Of a stretch of DNA of 64,000 nt, positions 54,573-64,000 are shown piece after piece. Each line of letters opens with the position of its first letter. Position 1 is the first letter of the stretch. Location of the stretch: NCBI GenBank assembly GCA_963845145.1, contig CAWJQU010000005.1, positions 1-64,000 of the forward strand. Direction: 5' to 3'. Under the pieces are notes generated by a model. The model made no database searches, was not told where the DNA came from, and saw nothing but the letters and a program-made list of their open reading frames with translations. Source of the stretch: an uncultured delta proteobacterium. GTDB taxonomy: Bacteria > Desulfobacterota > Desulfobacteria > Desulfobacterales > QNYZ01. The position numbers and the translations under genes were made by a program.

Positions 54573-56093
54573 TTAATAAGGAGCGATATCCGTCCACCTG
54601 AAGTCAAATGTATCCAGGCTGGGTGTCATGATGAACTCACTGACATTTTTCCTGATGCCGATGCGTCGAAAGGAGGAGCCGAGAAACATGAAAGGAACTT
54701 CTTCCGCCATCAGCTGCAGGGCCTGATCATATAGTTTTTTACGATTTTCAAACCCATCCGTTTTCGCTGCCGTGGCAATGAGTTCGGCGGCTTTGGGATT
54801 GTCCCAGCGTACATATCGTTTTTCCTTGACGCCGTAGTCGGCAAGCGTCCCATGGGGATCGAGTTTACCGGTGTGGCCAATGGCGGTGAAATCGAATTTT
54901 GCCTGACGGTAAACATCTCCGATCCAGGTAGACCAGTCCACCAGCTTGATCTTTACATTCAACCCCACTTTGGTCAGCATATCCTGGTAAATTTCCCCCG
55001 CCTTGACATGGGGCGGATAGTTCTGGGGCAGAAACATTTCCAGTACCGTATCTTTACCCACACCGGCTTGGGCCAGAAGCGCTTTGGCTTTTTCCGGGTC
55101 ATACGGATAAAGTTGGGTGAAATCTTTATAATAGGCATTGCTGTAGTCCATGAAGGTGCCAACCGGTTCTCCGCCACCGTAAGCGACATCCAACACTTTC
55201 TGCTTGTCGATGGCATGGTTTATGGCTTGCCGCACACGCAAGTCGTCCAAAGGCGGTCGGCTGCAGTTCATGGGCATGACCATGATCAGCGAAGTCAAAT
55301 TCTTTTTGATCTCAACCTCCGGGCTGCTGGACAGCAGGGAGACATCCTCCTGATCGATTATATAGCTGACATCAATCTGACCGGAAATCAAACCTTGGAC
55401 CTGGACGGCCCGCTCCGGAATAATGTGCATGATCACACGATCCAATTTAGGAAGGTCTTTCATCCAGTAATTTTTATTTTTCCCAAGGACAATTTTCCCA
55501 TCCCGGACCCACTCGGTGAGCATAAAAGGGCCTGTCCCAATTGGTTTGGCGGAAAAATCGTGGCCACTCTCAATCAAGCGCTTGGGCAAGATCGCCCCCC
55601 AGCCGGAAGCCAGTGTCCCAAGCAGCGGGGACGAGGGCGCCGAAAGCGTCAATACAACGGTATAATCGTCCGGCGTCTCGATACCGGTGATAGGTGCAAA
55701 CTCATTGGCATTGGGCGATCCGATTTCTTTATTTTTAATGCGTTCAAAGGTGGCCTTGACATCTTTGGCGGTCAACTTGTCACCGTTATGAAAAACAACC
55801 CCCTTACGAAGGTTGAAGGTCCAGGTCTTGCCATCATCGCTCACCACCCAATTTTCAGCCAGGGCCGGGACGATCTTTCCGGTTCGATCCGGTTCGGCCA
55901 GCGTGTCATAAACGCTTTTCAATGTCTGAAAGGTCAGCGTTCCCGAAGTTTTGTGGGGATCCAATGTGTCGGGATTTCCCGAGAGGGCGAAGTTGAGCGC
56001 TTTGGTGCCTTTGGCGAGAACGGTGCCGGTGATGCCGCTCAATAGTAATACCGTTATTGTAATGACAAGGGTAAAAACCAGGTTTTTTTTCAT
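54573..56093 (-). CDS. Family-5 ABC substrate-binding protein (DppA-like)
   Basis: Signal peptide; TLDPH, LAENW, FHNG, GTGPF, VRQAINHAID; AAGGAGG RBS before ATG 56093. Confidence 0.92.
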   Translation of the reverse strand: MKKNLVFTLVITITVLLLSGITGTVLAKGTKALNFALSGNPDTLDPHKTSGTLTFQTLKSVYDTLAEPDRTGKIVPALAENWVVSDDGKTWTFNLRKGVVFHNGDKLTAKDVKATFERIKNKEIGSPNANEFAPITGIETPDDYTVVLTLSAPSSPLLGTLASGWGAILPKRLIESGHDFSAKPIGTGPFMLTEWVRDGKIVLGKNKNYWMKDLPKLDRVIMHIIPERAVQVQGLISGQIDVSYIIDQEDVSLLSSSPEVEIKKNLTSLIMVMPMNCSRPPLDDLRVRQAINHAIDKQKVLDVAYGGGEPVGTFMDYSNAYYKDFTQLYPYDPEKAKALLAQAGVGKDTVLEMFLPQNYPPHVKAGEIYQDMLTKVGLNVKIKLVDWSTWIGDVYRQAKFDFTAIGHTGKLDPHGTLADYGVKEKRYVRWDNPKAAELIATAAKTDGFENRKKLYDQALQLMAEEVPFMFLGSSFRRIGIRKNVSEFIMTPSLDTFDFRWTDIAPY

Positions 56094-56178
56094 GACGGCC
56101 TCCTTTGCAGGTGGGGTGGTTATAGTGGGGTAGTCTCCTCTTTCTATAACGAAATCATAAAACAAATAATAACAGCAT

Positions 56179-57174
56179 TCAGGAAACTTTACACGCTTTG
56201 GTTTTGATATTGAAACAAGCCACCTTATGACCGCCCTTAACCGTTTTCAGTTGTGGTTCATGGCGGCGGCATTCCCTATTTTCAATCAGGCAACTGTCGA
56301 CACAATTGCAACCTGTGTTAACGGCAATTGTTTTATTCTCTTTTTCCCCGGGGATATCATCCGGTTCGGCCCAATCGTCTGAACTCGTGGTGGTTGCCAT
56401 ACCCGGCACCGATGAAAAAAGTCTCATCGTGTAAGGATGCATGGGACACGTCATTATTTCTTCTGTATACCCGGTTTCAACCAGGCGACCTTGGTACATT
56501 ACACCGATCCGGTCGCTCAGGTAGGAGACAAGGTTGAGGTCGTGCGAAATAAACAGATAGGTCAATCCCAGGACCTCCTTCAAATCCTGGAGCAAGTTGA
56601 TGATCTGGGCCTGGATGGATACATCCAGATTGGATACCGGCTCATCCAGGATCAAAAAATCAGGCTCCATGCAAAGGGCTCGGGCAATAACGATGCGCTG
56701 CTTCTGGCCGCCGGAAAATTCATGGGGATAACGCGAGCTGTGCGAAGGTGATATACCCACAAGGTCTAACATCTTGGCCACTTGGCTTCTCCGGTGATCC
56801 TTATCGAAGCCAAGATTGACGAGCCCCTCCTCAAGGCTGTTCTGGATTTTCATCTTGGGGTTGAGGGCACTGTTGGGGTCCTGAAAGACGATTTGCATCC
56901 GTTTACGAAAAACCCGCAACTCGGCGCGAGACAGGTCACCAAGTAACGAATTATCGATCCACACTTCACCGGCCGTCGGTGGATCCAGATACAGCAGAGA
57001 CCGGACCAATGTGGTCTTGCCGCAACCCGACTCACCCACCAGCCCAAAAACGCTGTTTTTTTCTATCCCGATGCTGACCCGGTCCACGGCTCTGACGGCG
57101 CTATTCGGGTTTTTAATGATGCCATGACCATAGAAGGTCTTCTCAAGCTCTTTTATCTCTACAAATCTACGCAT
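56179..57174 (-). CDS. Dpp/Opp ABC ATPase (DppF-like)
   Basis: [25 protein letters not shown]. Confidence 0.92.
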   Translation of the reverse strand: MRRFVEIKELEKTFYGHGIIKNPNSAVRAVDRVSIGIEKNSVFGLVGESGCGKTTLVRSLLYLDPPTAGEVWIDNSLLGDLSRAELRVFRKRMQIVFQDPNSALNPKMKIQNSLEEGLVNLGFDKDHRRSQVAKMLDLVGISPSHSSRYPHEFSGGQKQRIVIARALCMEPDFLILDEPVSNLDVSIQAQIINLLQDLKEVLGLTYLFISHDLNLVSYLSDRIGVMYQGRLVETGYTEEIMTCPMHPYTMRLFSSVPGMATTTSSDDWAEPDDIPGEKENKTIAVNTGCNCVDSCLIENRECRRHEPQLKTVKGGHKVACFNIKTKACKVS

Positions 57175-58180
57175 GCTTTCCGATCATGTGACAGGCGGAT
57201 GAATGGCTATCACCATAATCCATTGTTTCAGGTATTTCCAGGCGGCACCGATCCTGGGCCAGGGCGCAACGCGGGTGAAAACTGCACCCCTGGGGTATAT
57301 TTTCAGCATCGGGCACGGCACCCGGTATGGCTTGTAACCGCTGCCCCCGTTTCCCGGTATCGGGAATGGATTGTAAAAGGGCCTGCGTATAGGGATGCAG
57401 GGTGTTCTCGAAAAGGGACCGATTGGGTGCCGATTCGATAATTTTTCCGGCATATATGACCGATATTTTATCGGCAATTTCACGAACGATGCCCAGATTG
57501 TGCGAAATAAAGAGAATTCCCATGGAATATTGTTCTTTGAGGTTTCGGATGAGTTTCAGAATCTGTAGCTGCAAGGTGACATCCAACGCAGTTGTCGGCT
57601 CATCGGCGATTAACAGGGCGGGGTTGCAGCAAATCGCCATGGCGATCATGGCGCGCTGCTTCATGCCGCCTGAAAGTTCATGGGGATAACTTTTCAATAC
57701 GCGTTTATTTTTACCCAGGCCGACCACGTTTAAAAATTCAAGGGTTTTGTCGATCGCCGGCTGTTTTTTCATCTGCAGGTGTAGCATCAGCATCTCGACA
57801 ATCTGCTGACCTATTTTAAGAGAGGGGTTCAGGTACTTGGCCGGCTCCTGGAAAACCATGGCGATCTCTTTGCCCCTTATCTGCCGCATTTCCCCCTTAG
57901 ACAATCCCATTAGGTTCCGTCCCTGAAACATCATGGCTTCGGCGTTAATACGACCCGGGGGTGTGGGGACAAGCCCCATGATGCTCATGGAGGTCACCGT
58001 TTTGCCGGAACCCGATTCGCCCACTAGGGCATGGATTTCACGGGTGGAGAGCGTTAAGTCTATGTCTCTCAGAGCGTGCGCATCTCTTCCGGATTGGATA
58101 AACCTGACATCCAGATGACGTATTTTCAATAGGTCCCCATCACTGTTCTGGGCACTATTTTGGCCATTGTTCCGGTTCAC
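57167..58180 (-). CDS. Dpp/Opp ABC ATPase (DppD-like)
   Basis: [29 protein letters not shown] start abuts the upstream TAA. Confidence 0.92.
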   Translation of the reverse strand: MNRNNGQNSAQNSDGDLLKIRHLDVRFIQSGRDAHALRDIDLTLSTREIHALVGESGSGKTVTSMSIMGLVPTPPGRINAEAMMFQGRNLMGLSKGEMRQIRGKEIAMVFQEPAKYLNPSLKIGQQIVEMLMLHLQMKKQPAIDKTLEFLNVVGLGKNKRVLKSYPHELSGGMKQRAMIAMAICCNPALLIADEPTTALDVTLQLQILKLIRNLKEQYSMGILFISHNLGIVREIADKISVIYAGKIIESAPNRSLFENTLHPYTQALLQSIPDTGKRGQRLQAIPGAVPDAENIPQGCSFHPRCALAQDRCRLEIPETMDYGDSHSSACHMIGKHA

Positions 58181-59101
58181 TTAACTGATCCGAATTCTTG
58201 GATTGAGAACACTGTACAAAATATCCACTGCAAAATTGATAAGTGAAAAGACAAAGGCCACAAATACGACCCCGCCCTGGATAACTGGAAAATCGCGCTG
58301 GTAGACGGCGAAAAGAAACAGCCTTCCCAGCCCGGGGAGAGAGAACACCTGCTCAATGATAATCGCGCCTCCCAGCATATAGCCCAATTGTATCCCGGCG
58401 ATCGTAATCACCGGCAACAGTGCATTCTTAAGGGCATGTTTGTAATGGACCATTCTTTCGGTCAGCCCTTTGGCCCGGGCGGTGACGATATACTCCTTAC
58501 TAAGCTCTTCGATCATGGAGGCCCGCGTCAATCGGAGCAAGACCGCCGCCCGCGCAATCCCCAGGGATATGGCAGGGAGGATCAGATGGTTGACGCTTCC
58601 CGAGCCGAACAATGGAAATACCCTAAATTTAATGGAAAACAATAGCAGGAGCAAAATGCCCAGCCAGAAACTGGGTATGGCCATACCGACCTGGGAAAAC
58701 AACATCCCGAAATAATCCCAGAACGACCAGCGACGAACGGCTGAAATGACCCCCAAGGGAATGGCGATAATAATGGAAAGTACGATCCCCAAAACGGCCA
58801 GGGAGAGTGTGAGCGGAAATCGCTCCATGACCAACTGACTGACCGGCCGCCCGGAAATCATGGAATTTCCAAAATCAAACCTGAACACATCCCAGACCCA
58901 ATTCAGGTATTGGCTAATCATGGGCCTGTCGGTTCCCAGCTTGGCACGAATGGCGTCAATATCGCTCTCGGCGGCGTCCACACCGGCGATGGTCAATGCC
59001 GGATCTCCGGGAATGACCCGGATCACCAGGAAAACAATGGTTGAAATAATCAGGACCGTCAGAATCAACCGCCCCAGGCGTCGTAGGACAAAGCGTAGAA
59101 T
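58181..59101 (-). CDS. Dpp/Opp ABC permease (DppB-like), probable ATT start
   Basis: PGDPA, DFGNS, PSFWLG, TARAKGL, HALKNA, RDFPVIQG. The in-frame extension (I)LRFVLRRLGRL begins at ATT 59101 with AAGGA 9 nt upstream. Confidence 0.88.
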   Translation of the reverse strand: MLRFVLRRLGRLILTVLIISTIVFLVIRVIPGDPALTIAGVDAAESDIDAIRAKLGTDRPMISQYLNWVWDVFRFDFGNSMISGRPVSQLVMERFPLTLSLAVLGIVLSIIIAIPLGVISAVRRWSFWDYFGMLFSQVGMAIPSFWLGILLLLLFSIKFRVFPLFGSGSVNHLILPAISLGIARAAVLLRLTRASMIEELSKEYIVTARAKGLTERMVHYKHALKNALLPVITIAGIQLGYMLGGAIIIEQVFSLPGLGRLFLFAVYQRDFPVIQGGVVFVAFVFSLINFAVDILYSVLNPRIRIS

Positions 59102-59143
59102 AGTTCCGATTCCTTATTAAAGCGATATGGGTAAACTTTGGTT

Positions 59144-59890
59144 TTATATGGCCAGGCTCCGTCCTGTCTGCGCCAGCTCAACCGGGCCGTCAAATACCTC
59201 GGCGGCCTGCTTTACAAGATCCGAGTGGTTACCGAAGTGCGGCAAATGCGACAATACCAACTTGGCCACGTTGGCTTCTCTAGCGACTCGGCCGGCCTCT
59301 CCGGCTGTCAGATGACCGGGAACAACCCCCTTGTACTCATCGTATAAGCTGGATTCGCATATCAAAAGGTCGGCATCCCGAGCGGCATCAATCAGTGTCT
59401 CGGTCCACTCGGTATCGGCGATATAGGTCAAAACACGCCCCATTTTTTCAACCCGCATGGAATAGCAAGGTGCCGGATGATTATTGCGCCAGAAGGAAAA
59501 AGTGTTTTCTCCCAAATGAAGCGACGTATGGGTGTCGATGGCCCGGCCCACACAATATTCAAGATAGCTTAGACCGGCAAAATGGTCATCTTCGGCATGG
59601 CCGTAAACAACCAGGGGCTTTTTTCGTCTACCCAGTGTCATCGACACACGGGAAGCATATTGCAAACAGTACAGATCGGCCACATGATCCGCATGATAGT
59701 GAGAAAGGACAACAGCATCGATTTCATCCAACTCTATATGTTTTTGTAGCTGTGACAAAACCCCCGATCCGCAATCGATAAGTATACGGCGCCCGCCGGA
59801 TTGAAGCAGATACCCCGAGGTGGCTTCCCCCGGACCGGGGTATGCGCCCCACCAGCCGATGATTTTTATTTGAAAAATTTGCGCATCCAT
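59144..59890 (-). CDS. MBL-fold metallohydrolase (RNase Z/YhfI-like phosphodiesterase)
   Basis: IDCGSG, SHYHADH, HP, ADT, ICES, GHLT, LSHL. Confidence 0.88.
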   Translation of the reverse strand: MDAQIFQIKIIGWWGAYPGPGEATSGYLLQSGGRRILIDCGSGVLSQLQKHIELDEIDAVVLSHYHADHVADLYCLQYASRVSMTLGRRKKPLVVYGHAEDDHFAGLSYLEYCVGRAIDTHTSLHLGENTFSFWRNNHPAPCYSMRVEKMGRVLTYIADTEWTETLIDAARDADLLICESSLYDEYKGVVPGHLTAGEAGRVAREANVAKLVLSHLPHFGNHSDLVKQAAEVFDGPVELAQTGRSLAI

Positions 59891-59979
59891 CAAGGTTGGC
59901 TCTTTCAGCTCCTATCAAGGGGGTCGCTTACACCTGGTCGCTCCAATAACGAAAACCGGAAATACCGTGGCCACCATCT

Positions 59980-60666
59980 TTACAAGAAGGCTTTAATTTG
60001 ACCCAGATTCTGGATGATTGGCACGCCGTCGATCTCCTCGATGCCCAGCTTATCAAAACGATTAATGATGAGGACTTGCATACCGGCCTTCAAGCCGCCA
60101 ACAGCATCGTCATAGAAATTATCCCCCACATAGAGGCATTCATGTGGTTTGACAGCGGCTTTTTTCATGGCAGTATTAAAGATTTCCGGATCCGGCTTGC
60201 TGATGCCGATTTCGGATGAGATGATGCAATGGTCAAAATATTCGCTAAGACCATACTGCCCAAGCAGGTCTCTGGCGGTATGATCCCAATTTGAGATCAC
60301 ACCCATGTGCAGGGATTTTTTTCTTAATTCTGTCAGCACTTCATGCACATTGTCAAAAGGCGCCCAATAGTTTTCGGTTGTATTCTGGATTTTCTCCCAG
60401 CAGGCATCCATTTTGTAAAGATCCAGTTTGAGCCCCAGACGATGGTTTAAAATACCCAGAAACCAAGGCATGACGGTGTATCTTTCATTTAGAAAAACAC
60501 CTGGATACTCCCGCATAAACAACTTATCCACCCAGTGAAATTCTTTTTCCAGGGTCTCGATGCTCACCTCTTCGCCGAAACAGCGCAGTGCCTCCTGGTA
60601 AGTTACCTCGCGTTTCATGTGGAGTAGGGTGTATCCGATATCGAACCAGATATATGAAAATTTCAT
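59980..60666 (-). CDS. HAD-IA family hydrolase
   Basis: FDIGYTL, ISNWD, KPDPEIF, VGDNFYDD. Confidence 0.88.
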   Translation of the reverse strand: MKFSYIWFDIGYTLLHMKREVTYQEALRCFGEEVSIETLEKEFHWVDKLFMREYPGVFLNERYTVMPWFLGILNHRLGLKLDLYKMDACWEKIQNTTENYWAPFDNVHEVLTELRKKSLHMGVISNWDHTARDLLGQYGLSEYFDHCIISSEIGISKPDPEIFNTAMKKAAVKPHECLYVGDNFYDDAVGGLKAGMQVLIINRFDKLGIEEIDGVPIIQNLGQIKAFL

Positions 60667-60908
60667 TCTAAATCTCTATTATTAGAAACAGATGTGCATG
60701 TAAATTAAAAATCGATGAGATTTTATATTCTGAATTTTACGTCTAAGGGAGGAAGTTTTACAGAAAAACCGGAAAAAAGTAAACCTGGTTCGCATAAATT
60801 AACAGGGCAACCACAAGGGATTGCCATTTGACTCTACCTCAGATTGGTATACAATGGCCACCAGGTTGAAAATACTTCATTTTTAAAAAAAATCGAATCC
60901 ATGCAGAT

Positions 60909-61769
60909 ATGAGGGGCAACATCGAAGAGAACAGCGAAAAACAAGGCACCTTTACCGGCCACGATGGGCTCACACTCTTTTATCGCCATTACCAAGCCAC
61001 TGATGAGTGTGCTCGGATAGTGATCGCCCATGGCCTGGGCGAACACTCCGGTCGGTATGGCAATGTTGTTAACCGGCTGGTTCCCGCCAACAACTCTGTT
61101 TGGATTGCGGATCATCGCGGGCATGGACAAAGCGGGGGTAAAAAAGGCCATGTATTGAGGTTTGACGACTATCTTCAGGATTTGCGCTTGATTGTGAATA
61201 TGGCGCGAGAAGGCCTTCCGGAGAATAGAAAAATCTTTTTGCTGGGCCACAGCATGGGCGGGCTCATCGCCCTTTCTTTTGCGCTGCAATACCCCGAGTT
61301 AATTGATGGGGTGATCGCATCTTCACCTGGGTTGGGGGCGGCTTTTGAGGTGCCGATGGTTCAACGTACAATTGGCCGAATCATGTCGGTTATTTGGCCG
61401 GGGCTGTTGTTACCCAATGGGTTTGATGCGACAAAAATCAGCCGTGAAGAAAGCGTTGTTCATACTTACTTAAACGACCCGCTGGTTCATGACAAGGTTA
61501 GTGCCAGATGGTTTACTGAAATAATATCCACTATGGCAGAGGTGAACCGCCAAGCTTCGCATATAGAGATCCCGGTGCTGATGCAAGTGGCCGGTGATGA
61601 CCGCCTCGTCAGTGCCGAATCCAGTATGCATTTCTTTAAAAATCTTACGGTTGAGGATAAGACGCTTCATGTTTATGACGGCCTGTATCATGAGGTGTAC
61701 AATGAATTGAACGAGCCACGCCAAAAAGTACTCGATGATCTGACGGCCTGGCTGGCAAACCACCTTTAA
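60909..61769 (+). CDS. Lysophospholipase/monoglyceride lipase-like hydrolase
   Basis: HGLGEHSGRY, DHRGHG, GHSMGG, DPLV, YHEVYNE. Confidence 0.88.
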   Translation: MRGNIEENSEKQGTFTGHDGLTLFYRHYQATDECARIVIAHGLGEHSGRYGNVVNRLVPANNSVWIADHRGHGQSGGKKGHVLRFDDYLQDLRLIVNMAREGLPENRKIFLLGHSMGGLIALSFALQYPELIDGVIASSPGLGAAFEVPMVQRTIGRIMSVIWPGLLLPNGFDATKISREESVVHTYLNDPLVHDKVSARWFTEIISTMAEVNRQASHIEIPVLMQVAGDDRLVSAESSMHFFKNLTVEDKTLHVYDGLYHEVYNELNEPRQKVLDDLTAWLANHL

Positions 61770-61894
61770 CCGGCGGCAACTTAACATCTTTTGCCGGTCA
61801 GATCCTTGATTTGCTATATTGCGATATAAGCCACCGTTTTGAGCGTGGCACTCTAAAATATAGTAAGCAAGCCCCGCTTCCCTGCCAAAATAGC

Positions 61895-61922
61895 AAAGGG
61901 GGCCCAGTGAAAGCCCCCTTTT
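61895..61922. terminator. Probable bidirectional terminator between convergent genes
   Basis: AAAGGGGGC-N9-GCCCCCTTTT, about 30 nt past the qmoC stop. Confidence 0.7.
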
Positions 61923-61953
61923 ATCACAAACCATACCCGTTTTCGGTTAGAAA

Positions 61954-63102
61954 CTACTTCCGCCCAATGTACTCATTATAGGTCATGGCCACGGTCCGAT
62001 AAACCAGATGGCCCAATTTGGAAAAAGGCGTATAGGCGAACAAGGCCCATATGAATAACAAGTGGAAAAAATAGACTATATTGGAGACGGGGAAGATTCC
62101 CGCCAGCCTGGCCATCTCGGTCAGCATCCCGGTAATGCCCAGAGCAAACGCCAGCCCGACCAAATACCAATCCCAGTAGGTGGTGAGCAGATCTTTACGA
62201 GACAGACGGTTTTTGATCAACAAAATGGAACCGATGACCAGCGAAATCCCGGCAATATTGCCCAGCCATTTGATCGGATTGAATTGGGAATAGGGTCCCT
62301 CAATATGAAACACCCATTCCGCAATGAAAAAAGAGGCTGTCACGATAAACAACCCGATAAATCCGAACAATACCATCATGTGGGCCGTCGCACGATCCTT
62401 GTTCTCACTGCACTCGTTGAATTTGCTATGGGCTAAAATCGTGGGAACTGTTCGTACCAGGGCCTGAACGAATCCGATCGGATCGATTTTCTCCTTGTCG
62501 GTTTTACCGTCGGCCAGGGCGTTGGCGTGCATATCTTTAACAAACTGCATCAACCCCAGGGCAAAGATGATAATCGCGGCATTAAAAGTGGGTATCATGA
62601 TGATATCCACCAGGTAGTTATTGATAAAATCAGACTGCCATACCTGCTCGGCTCCCGGAAAAGGATGAAACCACCCCAGTCCCACGATATTGGAAATTAA
62701 CCCCAGAACGATAAATATCGCCGCCGGAATGGCCAGCAATATCGGCAGTTTTTTTGGATCACTGACGAGTTTAGCAATCCCTTTGGGCCGGGCATACTCA
62801 TAAATCGTTAACTGACGCAGGGCCGCCAGGACATCACCCGGCTTGGCCCCCCGGGGGCAAAGGCTCGTGCAGTCGCCGCAGTTATGACACAGCCAGACAT
62901 CGCCATTGCCCACAAGCTTATTCTTTAAACCCCACGAAGCGGCAATCATCTCTTTGCGGGGAAAGGGGCGTGTATCCGGTGAGATGGGGCAGGCCACGGC
63001 ACACGTGGCACACTGATAACATTTTTTCAGGTCTCCCCCGCCAAGGGCGGCCACTTCGTTAATAAAGCCGACATCAGGTTCAACCAGATATGCGTCCGCC
63101 AT
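61954..63102 (-). CDS. qmoC: QmoC (HdrC/HdrE-like membrane subunit)
   Basis: KKCYQCATCAVACP...PFPRKEM, WLCHNCGDC...CPRGAKPG, TM helices with His ligands, PFSKLGH. Confidence 0.95.
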   Translation of the reverse strand: MADAYLVEPDVGFINEVAALGGGDLKKCYQCATCAVACPISPDTRPFPRKEMIAASWGLKNKLVGNGDVWLCHNCGDCTSLCPRGAKPGDVLAALRQLTIYEYARPKGIAKLVSDPKKLPILLAIPAAIFIVLGLISNIVGLGWFHPFPGAEQVWQSDFINNYLVDIIMIPTFNAAIIIFALGLMQFVKDMHANALADGKTDKEKIDPIGFVQALVRTVPTILAHSKFNECSENKDRATAHMMVLFGFIGLFIVTASFFIAEWVFHIEGPYSQFNPIKWLGNIAGISLVIGSILLIKNRLSRKDLLTTYWDWYLVGLAFALGITGMLTEMARLAGIFPVSNIVYFFHLLFIWALFAYTPFSKLGHLVYRTVAMTYNEYIGRK

Positions 63103-63205
63103 ATCTATAACCTCCTGTTTTGCTTTATGAACCGAGCAGACAACCAGTATCTGCTCAACCCTAAATTTTTATATTTGAAAACCTTAATTATCAATCTGGA
63201 CCGAA

Positions 63206-64000
63206 TTAGAATCCCTTGAATGGATTCGGCCCCAGGTCTTCAATGATCTCGACAAAATCGTTTACGATTTGCGGAATTTTATCGTATTCGTCAATGGCGA
63301 TATCAAATTGTGCGACGCGTTCATTTTCCAACGCCAAACTTTGCAATGCCTCGCCGATCTTCTTCATTCGAATGCTGGCCAGTTCACTACCTTTGATAAA
63401 GTGGCACTGATAATCATCGCCATGTTTACAACCCATAAGAAAAACGCCGTCCATGCCTTGGGAGAGGGCATCCTTGATCCAGATGACATTTACCGAACCA
63501 AGGCAGCGGACCGGAATAAAGCGCACATCCGCAGAATAACTCAATCGATTCAACCCGGCCATGTCGATGGCGGGGTACGCATCGTTTTCACAAACCAGTC
63601 CCAGAATCCGAACGGGTGGCTCTTCATAATCATCCTCAGAGGGAACGCCAACGGCTTTTACCATCGAGCCGATACTGTCGATATTGTAGTCAGCAAAACC
63701 GATGATTCGCTCCGGGCAGGCGCCCATACATGTACCGCACCGCCGACACCGCGCCGGATTGGGTTTGGGTGTTCCGCGCTCATCGTCATCCAGGGCGCCA
63801 AAGGGACACTCTTCGGTGCATCGTTTGCACTGGGTGCAACGTTGGAAGAAGAAGTCCGGAAAAGTCATATCCCCGGAACGGGGATGCACAGAGACACCGC
63901 GATTGACCGACTCCAGGCATTGAATGGCTTTCAGGGCCGCACCGGAGGCGTCTTCCATAGACTCTTCCACGGTCATGGCCCGGCGAATACCACCAGCGGC
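63206..64000 (-). CDS. qmoB: QmoB, C-terminal part (runs off the window)
   Basis: AALKAIQC...HPRSGD, CTQCKRCTEECPFG, CRRCGTCMGACPE, MvhD-like CENDAYPA...CHFIKGS...GPNPFKGF. Confidence 0.95.
   Translation of the reverse strand, partial: AAGGIRRAMTVEESMEDASGAALKAIQCLESVNRGVSVHPRSGDMTFPDFFFQRCTQCKRCTEECPFGALDDDERGTPKPNPARCRRCGTCMGACPERIIGFADYNIDSIGSMVKAVGVPSEDDYEEPPVRILGLVCENDAYPAIDMAGLNRLSYSADVRFIPVRCLGSVNVIWIKDALSQGMDGVFLMGCKHGDDYQCHFIKGSELASIRMKKIGEALQSLALENERVAQFDIAIDEYDKIPQIVNDFVEIIEDLGPNPFKGF

Noticed and set aside
54852..56045. 397-aa plus-strand ORF, and similar long antisense ORFs over sat, dsrK/J/O, dppC and hdrA
   Set aside because: Shadow frames of well-supported genes on the opposite strand.

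Overview
A 64-kb chromosomal window from a dissimilatory sulfate-reducing deltaproteobacterium (Desulfobacterales-like, inferred from gene content). Core energy genes are dsrT-dsrMKJOP (minus strand), a stand-alone sat (plus strand) and qmoB(partial)-qmoC (minus strand). The strongest hidden signal is a minus-strand operon at 3.3-13.8 kb that the ORF track splits at in-frame TGA codons. Read through, it is five consecutive selenoproteins (HdrA, MvhD with a C-terminal extension, HdrA, MvhD, HdrD-like), each with a hairpin at the bacterial SECIS position, followed by metV-metF. It looks like a selenium-rich, possibly electron-bifurcating methylene-THF reductase complex. A second candidate system is a ten-gene minus-strand cluster at 48.4-60.7 kb: HAD phosphatase, MBL-fold hydrolase, a Dpp-type ABC importer in unusual order with an apparent ATT start codon, a metallophosphoesterase, a zinc-ribbon/class III cyclase/STAND/TPR protein with altered catalytic residues, and a flavodoxin-SCP2 fusion. 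Also present: two unrelated ~150-bp palindromic MITE-like elements, a Tat-exported protein with a WxxP...LPAHAQTS leader and a structured upstream region, two 5'-truncated gene remnants, three +1 frameshifts that look like sequencing errors, and housekeeping genes (queA, tgt, panE, panB, ydbH-ynbE-ydbL). No tRNA, rRNA, CRISPR array or transposase was seen. All calls come from motif reading by eye; no searches were run.
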